Below are positions 39,456-52,174 of a DNA stretch of 64,000 nucleotides, in pieces. Both the position numbers and the translations under genes were made by a program. The stretch is from Rhynchobatus australiae (Eukaryota). Location of the stretch: contig JAUZTB010000107.1 in assembly GCA_034780895.1 (NCBI GenBank), positions 28,813,743-28,877,742 on the forward strand, given 5' to 3'. How positions within the stretch are numbered: the stretch's first letter is position 1; each line of letters begins with the position of its first letter. A model generated the notes under the pieces. That model did not search any database, had not been told where the DNA came from, and saw nothing but the letters and a program-made list of their open reading frames with translations.

Positions 39456-40856
39456 TTAAAATGGCTGGGGATGTGGAACCAGGCNNNNNNNNNNNNNNNN
39501 NNNNNNNNNNNNNNNNNNNNNNNNNNNNNNNNNNNNNNNNNNNNNNNNNNNNNNNNNNNNNNNNNNTTTCTGTGTTTGTCCCTTGCCAAGATGGGAATTA
39601 TTACTTATTCGGTACATATTCATTGGTAACTTTGTTTAGGGTTTTACTATTATTGACAAAATCATCAGAATGATGATAGTGTGCTTACAAACAGTAAATG
39701 CTCAGGAAACTTTCTTTCACTTTGGAAAAGCTTTCAATTCATAATAAACACTGTATTGAACTTTAAATTTTAGCATTCTCTTGTTAAAATATGATAAATA
39801 ATCAATTTAGGCATCAACATATCACACCTTATTAACAGGATGATTTCAGAATGCTCGGTGTCTTTTAGCTTAACAAGTGAAAGTATCCAGTGTCACGTAA
39901 AGGAGCTATTGGAAGGAATGAAAGCAATTACCACATTTGTCCTACTGTCTCCTTTTCAAAGTATGCAGATCACAATTCCAATCAACATGCTGGCTGTGTC
40001 AAATTGGACCTCACTGAAGCAGCTTACATTTTGTGTTCAACAAATGCACAGAATTAAGTTTTAAGTAGTACCCTACCCCAAACCCACACATACTTCTGCT
40101 CCATTTAAAGAGATCATCAGCAGTTGGTGGTTAATAACAAGGGAGCATTGGTTTGAGCAAGCTGTTGTTGTTCAGTGCTTCCGTAATATCTACACTCAGA
40201 TGTACAAGGAGCTCAAAGAGTTTTTGTTGGCTTCAAGACTCTGCCATATCCAGTTGCTTCAGCATGCTTCTTGGTGTGCAACATAACAAGAGAAAAGAGG
40301 CATGGACACACAGTGGGACAGCCTGCTGTGGGGGTGGGGAGAAGGGACATTACCATGAGGTCATAGCCACCAGGGTCAATTAGATTCAATTTTTCTCCAT
40401 TCATTAAAATATCCCACAGCCACAGCTATAAATAAACAGCCATGCAAGGGCAGCTTTCCCAGTGCTTGATAAGGTCTCAGTGGCAATGAACTTCTATGTG
40501 TTGGGCTCCTTCGGGTGTAGGACTGAAGCATACCCCAGCCTCATAACACCATGACATAAGGGAGCTCACAGTTCCTCTCTAATCCAAGAGAAAGCTGAAA
40601 ACATCCAATTCTCCCTTTCAAGAGAGAGTGGCAGAGTGGGTACATAGCTTGCTTCGAATTGCATGCTTCCCAATGGGTACCACAAACTGTACACACATTG
40701 CTTTGAAAGCAGATGTACTGCAACCAGAAGGATTTCCACTTACACACCCACATACCTGTTGCAACACAGGAAGGACTATTTGACCCACTGGGTCTATGCA
40801 AGCAGATGAATCCCATCAGTCCAATTCCTTTTCATCTTATTTGGTACGTATTGATC

Positions 40857-40939
40857 TATTATTGTCACTTGTACCAAGGTACAGTGAAAAACTTGTCTTG
40901 CATACCGTTCATACAGATCAATTCATTACACAGTGCAGT
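40857..40939 (-). mobile_element. Young LINE 3' tail (Rex1/Babar-like) running into a gap
   Basis: 80/81 identical to 42285-42365. Confidence 0.6.
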
Positions 40940-41439
40940 NNNNNNNNNNNNNNNNNNNNNNNNNNNNNNNNNNNNNNNNNNNNNNNNNNNNNNNNNNNNN
41001 NNNNNNNNNNNNNNNNNNNNNNNNNNNNNNNNNNNNNNNTCCGTGTCTGAGCATAACGACAGGAAGCAAATGTGCAGGGTAAAGGTAAACCCACATCTTT
41101 CTCTCTTTGTGCCTTCACCAACCTCACCTGGTCTGTGAGTTGTCCTCTCTCCCAGCTCGCCTGGTTCCCCCTCTGACACCTGGCTCCGTGTTGGCTGATT
41201 GCCGGTGATGGTGGCCTGCTCACCTCCGAACCTGCCGTCCTCACCCAATGAAAACCCACCTTTTCCTTCCAAACCACCATTCCCTTCGATTTCACAATTC
41301 TTGCCCCGTGTTCCAGTCTGTAACCATCAAAAGGCTGTGTAGGTGGCCATGCCTTCATGTGCCAGGGCTGTGGGATTCCCTCTGTAACCCTCTCTCTGTC
41401 CCTCCCTTAGAGGAGACTGCCTGGGACAGATAAGAGACT

Positions 41440-41882
41440 GCATAAGACTAGAAGATATAGGAGCAGGATTAGGCCATTCGGTCCATCGAGTCTGCTCTGC
41501 CATTCAAACATGGCTGATCCTTCTTCTCAACCCCATTCTCCCCCCTTCTCTCCATAACCCTTAACCCTTAACCCCCTTCCCAATCAAGAACCTATCAATC
41601 TCTGCTTTAACTACACCCAATGACTGGCCTCCACAGCCCTCCACAGATTCTCCACCCTCTGAGATGAAGAAGAATTTCTTTTGCCAGTTCTAAAGGGACG
41701 CCCCTTTATTCCCTCGGATCCCGGACCCTCCCACTGATGGGAACATCCTCTCCATGTCCACTCTATCCAGCCCTTTCAGTATCTGGTAGGTTTCAATGAG
41801 ATTTCCACCCCCCCAACCCCCCCCATCCTCCTGAACTCCATCGAGTACAGACCCAGAGATGTGAAATGCTCCTCGTACATTA
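41440..41882 (-). mobile_element. CR1 LINE 3' end, well preserved
   Basis: 'ataggagcaggattaggccattcggtccatcgagtctgctctgccattc'; minus frame reads YEEHFTSLGLYSMEFRRM. Confidence 0.85.
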
Positions 41883-41889
41883 GCCTGGG

Positions 41890-42275
41890 TTTGTTTTCCT
41901 GTTGCACTGAGGGTGGCTGATGAGACCTGTTAGAGGTGTACAAAATCATGAGGGACGGAGGTAGTTGGTAGGAAATTTTTCTCTTAGCAGAATTGTCAAA
42001 AACCATAGGCCACAGGTTTAAGCTAAGGGGTAAAAGATTTAATGGGGATCTGAGAAACAACTTTATCACCCAGAGGAGGGCTGGAATGTGGAGCGCATTG
42101 CCTGAGGAGATAGTGGAGGCAGAGACCCTCACAATGTTTAATGATGAACATTTGAATCCCAAGGTGGAGCGGAAGCCTACACACCAAGTGCTGGTCAATG
42201 GGATTAGTATAGATGGGTATTTAATGGTCACACAGGCACGGGAGGCTGAAGGGCCAATTTCTGTGCCAGATTGGT
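41890..42275 (+). mobile_element. CR1 LINE 3' end
   Basis: ORF SKTIGHRFKLRGKRFNGDLRNNFITQRRAGMWSALPEEIVEAETL is a typical CR1 ORF2 C-terminus. Confidence 0.85.
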
Positions 42276-42279
42276 AAAA

Positions 42280-42567
42280 TAGTTTATTATTGTCACATGT
42301 ACCAAGGTACAGTGAAAAACTTGTCTTGCATACCGTTCATACAGATCAATTCATTACACAGTGCACTGAGGTAGTACAGGGTAAAAACAACAACAGAATG
42401 CAGAATAAAGTGTTACAGCTGCAGGGAAGTGCATTGAAGGTAGACAATAGGGTGCAATGTCATAACAAGGTAGATTGTGAGGTCAAGAGTCCATCTCATC
42501 ATACAAGGGAACCATTCAATAGTCTTATCACAGTGGGATCGAAGCCGTCCTTGAGCCTGGCGGTATA
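42280..42567 (-). mobile_element. Young LINE 3' tail (Rex1/Babar-like)
   Basis: 'tttattattgtcacatgtaccaaggtacagtgaaaaac...ccattcaatagtcttatcacagtgggatcgaagccgtccttgagcctg'; organised like the 35880 tail. Confidence 0.6.
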
Positions 42568-42584
42568 TACACTGCAGTCCTACA

Positions 42585-42820
42585 ATATATTCTCTCTCAC
42601 ATGCCCATAACCTCCCTTTTTGCTTTCTTTAACCCATATGGGCAATTTACAATAGGCATTCAATCCACCATCACATCTTTGAGATGTGGGAGGAAACTGG
42701 AGTACCTGGAGGAAACCCATGTGCCTATGTTCAAACTCCAACAAAATGCATCCGAGGTCAGAATGGAACCAAGGTCCATGGAGCTGTTAGGTAGCAAGGG
42801 TAACTGTTATGCCATTGTGA
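42585..42820 (-). mobile_element. V-SINE (HE1-like)
   Basis: 'gatgtgggaggaaactggagtacctggaggaaacccat...caaactcca' is the reverse-complement V-domain. Confidence 0.75.
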
Positions 42821-43036
42821 CCATTTACTTGGTGTGCAACCATGGACAATACATCACGATGGTCACTGCAGTACACCATGATGATCAGTGCCTGGTATCC
42901 GGGCACAAATTGTATTGAATTCGTTTGTAGAAGTCTGCTGTGCTATTAACATCAAGTCAAGGGCTACAACTTGACCACATGACTTCTAACTCTGGTGTGC
43001 AACTCAATCCCATGTGGGTAGGGTATCAACAATGAA

Positions 43037-43247
43037 TCAAAAAACAAACTGCTGGAGGAACTCAGTGGGTCAGACAGCATCTGTGGAGGTAGAAGGATAA
43101 TTGACACTTCAGTTTTGAGACCCTGCATCAGAACTGAGAGCACCCAGCCAAGTTATCTCCCTCTCTGCACAGATGCTGCCTGACCCACTGAGTTGCTCCA
43201 GCAAATTGTTTTTCTGCTCCAGGTTACAGCATCTGTAGCCTCTCGTG
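43037..43247. mobile_element. Palindromic Penelope-derived insertion with 10-bp TSD
   Basis: Inverted arms 43040-43088 and 43165-43213 match at 44/49; flanked by CAACAATGAA at 43027-36 and 43248-57. Confidence 0.85.
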
Positions 43248-43489
43248 CAACAATGAAAGCCAATGTTGTGTCACAGAACACAACAGAGAAAACTAATGGC
43301 ATTTTCAAATATTCTGCTGCCTAGATTGCTTTGGAAGAGCCCAGAAATACATGCTAGAATGAATCCTGAGATGCACAACCATCTCACCATGGGCTCAACC
43401 CTCACCACAAGCTGACTGATGAGGAATTATGGTCCAGAAAAAAAGCAGCAAGGAGAGGAGGCCATAGAAATAGCCTCCTTTTGGATGGA

Positions 43490-43950
43490 ATGCAAACAAA
43501 GAGTACTGGAATTACTCCACAGCTCAGGCAGTGACTGCAAGAGAGAGAAACAGAGTTAACTCAATAGGTCGATGATCTTTCAGAAGAATTGGTTGGTCTG
43601 GTAAGGCTGAATTCAACAATTTCAGGTAACAAACACTTAATGTGCCTATTTTCATCTTCATACCATGCACAGCACAGCCCCCCAAACTCAACAATGAATC
43701 TAACAATTTCAGATAACCAGTTGTTCCAGTGTGTATCAGAACTGGTCAGTTTTGAAGAAAGGTCATCAACCTGCTATGTTAACTCCATTTTTCTGTCTCT
43801 CCATAAGCTGCTGGACCTGTTGAGTATTTCNNNNNNNNNNNNNNNNNNNNNNNNNNNNNNNNNNNNNNNNNNNNNNNNNNNNNNNNNNNNNNNNNNNNNN
43901 NNNNNNNNNNNNNNNNNNNNNNNNNNNNNNGCAGTGTATTTTAGCTTTCC
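43490..43950. mobile_element. Palindromic pair of Penelope-like termini (gap in right arm)
   Basis: Reverse terminus 43490-43590 and forward terminus from 43745, 'cagttttgaagaaaggtcatcaacctgctatgttaact'. Confidence 0.7.
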
Positions 43951-46016
43951 AGCAAGAGCAGGTTTTTTGGCTTTTTGTTGTTGTGGGGGGGGGGATGGTT
44001 GTCCATGACAAATTAAACTGATTGCTTTAGCAATGATCACAAATCCCTCTGTTGGCATCTGACCACACAGCAAAAATGAAGATCAGCACAAAATAAAGAT
44101 GATATTTCACTCCATGCCACAAGCCATAACATTTCAATTAATGAACCTTGTGCATATGTTTAATGCCTTTCTTTGTGCCGTGGGGCTCCTATGCAGTGCT
44201 GCCCCACTTGCTGTAGTATGCATTCTCCTCAGAAATAGGCTTGTGAGTTGATGTGCATCATGGAATGTGTTTAAGTAGTGTGGTTGTCATGGTTGAATAG
44301 CCACAGTGCGTGCAAGCTTGAATTATGCGTGTGAAGCTTACAGAAGTAAAATGCATACCAGAGTATGCATTTTAAGATACAAGATTGCTGGGAGGTGCAT
44401 AATGACGGCATGGCGCATTGAGTAGTGCTGCACACTATTAGTGTAGTTGGTGGGATATAAAATTTGAAGATCATTCACTGATCCTGACCACACCTGTAAG
44501 GTCATCAAATATCTTTGCAGCACTGCATCCAGATCCCATTGCACTTGGCTCCAGGCATTTGCACTTTATACCCACAGAGCCTCTGGACCTTCCACAGATA
44601 GATTGCATCACTCCTCCAGCAAGCAACCAGAGCAACATAAAAGACTGAATCGCATTCTCAACTGTGTGGTGTAATGCCTGTTTGACCAAGTCAAATTTAC
44701 CTTGCAGTCACTCCCACTACTCTTTCAAAGCCAAAATTTGCACTACCTTTAAAATTTGTATGCTTGCATTAAGTAGTCTAGGCCAGCTGCAATTGTTGGT
44801 GACCACTCTTCAAATTAGACCACTCCGTTGCTGAGGGAATTGTTAATTTAAAAGAATGGTTAGTGAGGGCTGTGTGCTACAATCACTTTAATGATCAGGC
44901 AGCACACAGATTGCTAGCTGCTTACATTGGGTTGAATGGGTGTGGTGTAATCACGCATCATGATCTCTGCATCCGTTTATCAGTGCTATTAAATTCAACC
45001 TCAACAAATTCTCCAAAGAGAACGCAGCAGTCNNNNNNNNNNNNNNNNNNNNNNNNNNNNNNNNNNNNNNNNNNNNNNNNNNNNNNNNNNNNNNNNNNNN
45101 NNNNNNNNNNNNNNNNNNNNNNNNNNNNNNNNNNNNNNNNNNNNNNNNNNNNNNNNNNNNNNNNNNNNNNNNNNNNNNNNNNNNNNNNNNNNNNNNNNNN
45201 NNNNNNNNNNNNNNNNNNNNNNNNNNNNNNNNNNNNNNNNNNNNNNNNNNNNNNNNNNNNNNNNNNNNNNNNNNNNNNNNNNNNNNNNNNNNNNNNNNNN
45301 NNNNNNNNNNNNNNNNNNNNNNCTCTTTAATCAATATCAATATGGACATTATATAAATATGATGAATAGTTGTTAAGTGTATCAAATTATTTTCAGTATA
45401 CAATTATATCCATGTTAACCATATGGTATGACAACATTATTGAAACAATTTGTAATACATGACAAAATGATAATTTTACTAATCATATCATGAAGATATA
45501 TACTGCTATTGCAGTTCCCAGATTTTTGAGTGGACCTTTTAAAATCTACAAGAGTTGATGAAAGGAAGTTGAGCTTTCTGAAGACAGCCTTCTTTAGAGG
45601 AGATGCAAGGGTTTCAGCTGAGATCAAAGCAGTTGGCTAGGCCAAGAATGTTAACAGATGGAGCACAAGAGCAGAAAATGTACTCGGCTGCAGATAATTC
45701 TGCGTGTGTACTTTTACAGATCATCAACTGACAGAATTTGCTCTTTAGCATGAAGGGATGTTACTATAATAAATAAATTGATAAGCTTTTCATAAATGGA
45801 CAAGCATTTTAAGATTTTTCTTTAACTCTCACTATAGTATTAAGATAAAATTTCTTTACATACCCGAATTCTTGGCTTCAATTCCTATTTACCTGGCTTT
45901 TGCTTTGTTTGTTTCATGTAATGTTTAGCAAAGTACACTTAATAAGAATTCTGAAAAATTGAAAGGACTGGATCTTGCTGGCACAGTTCCCACACCCATC
46001 CCCCCAACAGACAGAA

Positions 46017-46017
<1 letters not shown>

Positions 46018-46049
<32 letters not shown>
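46018..46049. repeat. (AC)16 microsatellite
   Basis: Perfect dinucleotide run read directly. Confidence 0.97.
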
Positions 46050-46051
<2 letters not shown>

Positions 46052-49000
46052 GGAATTGCATCTACAGTATGTTCCAAGTCCTCACTTGCCTACTTACCCG
46101 TTGTGGAAATGGAGGGCCAATCTTGCGGGCCAGAAGGATCCCAAATTCTGAACACTAGCAGGGCCATGCCCTCAAAATGCCCCAAAAGGTCTGACAGCCA
46201 ACAAAGTCCCACCCCAGCTACACTTGCTGTAAAANNNNNNNNNNGCGAGGGATTTTTATTAAGTGATCAAATGACTTCATTCAAAAACATTTAAAATATA
46301 CTAAAATTGAAGTAGTTAAATTTAAAAATAAACTGTTTTTTTACAAAAACCATTGACTAAAATAATTAACACTAAATTAAAATGAAATATTTTTCAAATA
46401 AGAAACTTACCTTCCACTTTGCTTCTTGATCTTCGGCATTACACTCCCAGTCTACTGGGAATCGCAACCATCTTCTGAATTGGTCAGTAAGTATGAAACT
46501 TGTGCATTTGACAATACCTGCATTGAAGTTCCAGACTTACTGTTACTTCTACAGCTAAATGTAGGTGGTACTAGGGTTAACAGTCATGATCTGGGCCATA
46601 ATTTTGTTCGCTGGTGCTGGAGTTCACAAAGCAGGCTCATCATGACAATAAGATGTACTGAACTGAACCACCATGTAAACACTGAACAGACTACACACCC
46701 AGTGAATCCATCATTCTAATAAATGGAGAACTGTTACTTTGCATTATTAATTTGTATTTTTCATTTTCTAAGAATTCCACACCAATAATTGATATAACAT
46801 AATGCCATTGATTGTTGTTAATAGCAAAGATCACTGTTCAGTAACATGCACAAAGCAATCCAGCAATAACTCTTGTTGCAGATGGCAGATTCACTGAACA
46901 ATGTCAACATGTAGTGCGAACTACAGAAATGCAGAAACCTAAGCAAACCATTGCTTCTTCATCAACATCCAACCAAAATAACTGATACATCGAAATCCAA
47001 AATAAATGACAAAAGCCATCACATTTTTCAAAATTACGTGTGCATACATCTACATTTTCTGGATAATGAATTTATTAGTGGTATATTAGATTGTGATGAG
47101 AGCTCAAAACAGGACTATAAACATGCTTGTGGACTAACAACACGACAATTTCTCTACTACAGGTGTCATAGTCATCAAAGCGAAGAAATAATAAAGTCTG
47201 GCTCATATCATGAGAACCTCTTCGCAATGAAAACTTTTCATGAATTTACTCCAAAGTCCTTAGCAAACAACAATGAAATATTTTTAACTTTAGTATAAAG
47301 ATATAGGTTTGTTGAATTACTTGTGAACCTCATAATTTAACTGAATTTTATCTTTGTTGCCTTTGATTCATTGCACAAATGTGATTAATTTTTAAAAGCA
47401 GTTAGTGCAATAATTCATCTCCTTTAAACCTTCAACATGAATCAGATTTTGTTTATTTTCTTAGCATCCTGGTTCACTTTCTCATTATTCTTAATCAATA
47501 TCTCCAATTGTACAAAGGAATCAAACTCAATTACATTAAGATGTCCTCNNNNNNNNNNNNNNNNNNNNNNNNNNNNNNNNNNNNNNNNNNNNNNNNNNNN
47601 NNNNNNNNNNNACACTAATTTGTACAATGTAGCATTTGCAAATGTTAACTCAGAGAAAATGATCACTTGCTTACCTATTTCTGATGTCTGGCAGCTGTTT
47701 TCTCTTGATCTCACCTTTGGTCTTCCTTTCTGTCTTTCACTTCTGTTTCTCCCTCTTTAATTCTTTCATGCATTTCTTTGGTTTAAGAAGTCCAAAACAT
47801 ACCAGTTTTGAATCACAACATCCTTCACCTATGGACACTAGGAAAATGGCTGATTCACCCATATCCTGAGTTAAGCCATTTATCAGACATCTGGGATGAC
47901 TATCCAAAACTGTCTCGGCCTGAGATAACACCAATACTAGGATCTTTATCAGCAAGTGGTTTGTCTTGAATAAAGCAAACCTCAAGCCATATTTTTGGTT
48001 GTGGTCAAGCCAGCACCAAATGGTAAGAAATTAGCTTGTTGAAAAATATTGATGGAGCCAAGAGGAGAATTAATTCAGGAATACTTTCCCAGTTTCATAG
48101 CATTTCCCTGGATCCCCTCTACATCCCACACTCAGGACTTGGCCAAGGACGGCTGATGTTGATGGCAGAGGGCTGAAATTTTATACCTCCACTGGAGATA
48201 CTGCCCATGGAGGTAAAACAGGCTCATATGCAAATGAGGCCCTATAGTAATTAGATGTGATCTGCCAGCTTCAAGTGGAACGAACATTTCCTATACCCAT
48301 TCAGTGCTTTAAAATTGTTTGAAGAAATTATTACCACCAAAGTCAAATGGAAAAATGAAAAGATGTCAATACTTTCAAAAATGCCAGAAAAAAATGGGAT
48401 TCTGATACAATACACGAGTAATTATCAAGGAAGTCAGTTCAGTTTGTGTGTAATGCCTTCTGAATTATTCGCCAGAAGAATGTAACCTTAAGAAGAAAGA
48501 ACAGTAATATTGGTTGACTGACTTTGCATATAGATTTTACATATAGATATCCAAAAGAATGTGAAAGTTTGTTATTATTGCTGAACAGAAGATTTTAGAA
48601 CAGAACTGTTTTAGTTTCAGTGATAATTTGTTGTAGAATTGTCATAAGGATTAACTGCAAGTATATTGATCCATAACCCTTAGCACATTGTCTAATGATA
48701 ATGTTAAGTGTGATCTTCCATAAAGCAATAGCTTCAGCTCTTCAAAGTTCCAGATGCTTCATCTATATACATGCATTACAATCCACAATCATATTTGTGC
48801 TTTAGATTCTGATGTGAAACAAGATGATGCTGAAAGTGAACCTGAGAAATTATCGTCTTCTGCTCTCATTACTAGACATCAAATTTGTAGTGCGTCAATT
48901 AAAAAATTCCTGCAAGATCAAAGAAATCCACATGACATTTGTAGTTGGAGATCATTACAAATGAAGAGGTTTTTATTGGGTTCCAGTGGTGTCAAATCCA

Positions 49001-49309
49001 TTTTTTTCTGTTATGCTTTGTTTGGTTTTTCATTTTCCAATCTTATGTGCTTACTTAATGTCAATATGACTAATTTTTGGATATCTGCAGTCAAATCTTG
49101 AAGTGGTAACTTTTTTTAAATTTACATTATGGAATTGGACCTGGACAACCAGGAGGGCTGTTCACTCTGGATACTTTAGCCAGGGACAATATTTCAGGGA
49201 ATTTTAAATAAAAAATAACCATATATTGTCAAACCACAAAGATGTTTATTTGGAATAACATTGCAAACAGGAATGAGTCAACCAACCAACTATTTGTTTT
49301 TTTTGGGGG

Positions 49310-49490
49310 GGAAATATTCAGCAGGACATCAACTCCCTCCTCTTCATTTAAAAATCTTTGATTCCAAAAATCTACCAGAGAAAAAGGGTAGGCAAAAAGA
49401 GCCTCATTTTAAAGGCTCATTAATAGACTGACAGTGCCAGTGGCGCTGCAGTTCCTCAGAATTGAAATATCACATCTGGATTAAGAGCTG
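49310..49490 (-). mobile_element. Decayed Deu-domain SINE fragment
   Basis: 'aaatattcagcaggacatcaactccc...gcgctgcagttcctcagaattg' resembles the reverse-complement Deu core. Confidence 0.45.
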
Positions 49491-52174
49491 GATTACTGCT
49501 TAAAGTGTAAATGAGACTGCTGTGATGGGATAAACGAGATTACTTATGATATACCAGAGATTGCTTTATGTATAAGGTCTGCAATTCCTGTTGACTGCTT
49601 GAAATCCATCAGAAAAAAAAACAAAATTTCATGGCAGTAGAATGATTCTCCCAAAAGATCTTCACAATGAGTTTCAGTACAGCATACAGGGCATGTCCAC
49701 ATATAATCTTATTCCGAATCCAAAATAACTTAGTTTATTTTGTTCTCAGGTCCTTCTGACTTCAGCAATCCATTAGCAAATTCAGCCCCTCCAACTTTGA
49801 AATTTCCAATGGTTTTAATCTTTTCCTACACAAGGAATTCTCATCTCCTCACAAACCTGCAAGCTTAAGTTGTGAGGTTGAGAGGATGCTGAGATAAAAA
49901 AAAATCATCCCCAATTTTTCAAAAGGCTGTGCAGAATGGCTCATGAATTCTCAACTTTGTGCTGAATTGAAGACTAAATACGAGTTAGCATTACTGCTGT
50001 GATGCCTTCTNNNNNNNNNNNNNNNNNNNNNNNNNNNNNNNNNNNNNNNNNNNNNNNNNNNNNNNNNNNNNNNNNNNNNNNNNNNNNNNNNNNNNNNNNN
50101 NNNNNNNNNNTAAAGTATTCGCAAAGAGATCACTTTAACTGATGACTGTTGAAGCTACTATTGAGATGGATGTAAAACTCTGAAAAGCAAGATAATAAGA
50201 GCTTTGTTCTTACGTCCTAACGCTCAATCTATTACATAAGAGATAATGTTTTGTGTAATTTTAATCTAAGCCTGCAGCAGCTTGCCTTCCTGTCAGTGCA
50301 TTGTTTAATGAGATACTGTTATTGTGCTCTCTCTCTTTCTCCCTCTCTCTGTCTCGCTCTCTTCCCTATATATTTATAAGATATCCATGTTCTATTTCTC
50401 CATCTAACTGGAGAATATTTTTTGGCAAGAATTGGAATTCTCAAACTCCTACATTTGGAAGGGAAGTTGGTAACATTCCCAGCCTGTGTAAACATCAGTG
50501 ATTAATGCAATGGAAAGAGCGTTAGGGGTAATTTCTCTCCAGCTCTTCCTCTTTGTTCCATCTCTTTCACATGCACAAACCCACACATTTGCAGCTGCAG
50601 CTCTGAGCAGCAAATGGAATAGATGAGTTCTATATGCATTCTGACTGTTGATAATTTCTCAGAGATAGCGAGAGATCTGGGGCATTTTGTGTGTACTATT
50701 GACAACATATCAGCTACGGATATCAGATACAGCTACAAATAACACCGTAAGTACTGATGGAAGTCTTGGAATTGTCATGTTTTATTGTCTACTTGGGTAA
50801 CTTGCCTGAAATCTGTTCTTTGGAGTTAGCATTACTGCTGTGATGCCTTCTAAATGTAGATTGGGATGCCAAAGAGGGGAAAAGAAAACTCTATTCAATT
50901 TTAGGAAACATCAACCATTAATTTCTTAATGTTTATGTATCACATATTGATAAATATCCTTTTATATGTATAGTTACTCCCAACAACTAGCAGTACTTAT
51001 GTCCACTGATAAAGTCACTTCATGAGTAGCATAATTTTGTTTTCCAGAAACGGTATATAGCAGGTTAAGCTTTCAAGACTTCTTAGAATTAAATGGTTAA
51101 CTAATTAATAGTTTTATATCACAGAAAACGGATGTCTGGTGGACTTAGAATCAGTTAATTTACTTGGAAGAAAAATCAGACACTCCCTGTTGCAGCTCTG
51201 TGATCCTGCCCACCTGCTGAGCAAAAGCAACAGATACACTCAGGTATATCTGCCCCAATATTTCTTCCACAGAACCAATATTCCATTTCCTCATTAACTC
51301 TAAGCCAAATAGAAAAGCATTTACTTTTTAATTAAAAATACTTGCAGTATATTTTGCAATAAATTATAAAACATTGCTACCACATGTTGATTTTCATCTT
51401 TATAAAATGCAATCCACAGGGTTACTAATATTAAATTTACAAGAGAATTACAAACATGGGGTAGATTTTCATCTTTGCTGGATGTTGATCTGGTGATCTC
51501 CCATACTAATTATATAACCTGCTTAAATTTCATTCCACTAATTTCAATATGGGTTTCAGTAAGGGAATTTGATAATTCCTGCTAGATTATCGTCAGGCAA
51601 TTGAAGAGAAAATCTATTTTGTGCTTGTGGCCAGTTCCATTGTGATGGAAGCATTTCAACCTAGGCAAAAAAAACCAGCAGCATTATTGCAGTAAACAGT
51701 TGTCATTTTAAAATTATTGTATTTGCCAAAGTTTTGGCATTTTTGTAACACAAAGTAATCAGTATGTTGGATAATACTAAAGAGAGTGGACAGGTGACTG
51801 AATTTAGAATTCACATTGAGCTATAAATTATATAAATGTCAAATTATCTTTGATTCAAATAAATGATTTTTACGACATGTAACTCGCCAAATAAAAAAGA
51901 CATTGTTATGTCAACAAAAATTCACATCGGCAATGCTTGCATAGAATGGACTCCCCTTTTTGAAAATGGGAAGGCTCTATTTAAAATACTTTCAAACCAT
52001 CTAATTCTGACGGCAAACTTTCATTGTTCTCATGTATGGCATCAAATTTTAAATGTGGTACTGTACACGCAGAATAAATGCATATAGAAATGGCTCCATT
52101 CTAATACTGCAAAGAGCTACCAAAATCATTCACAGAGTACATGCTATGCAAATTAAACTGTCACCACATTTCTT

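Noticed and set aside
41555-41575. Telomere-like TAACCC repeats
   Set aside because: The unit is 7-bp TTAACCC, about three copies inside a CR1 3' UTR; a local slippage, not (TTAGGG)n.
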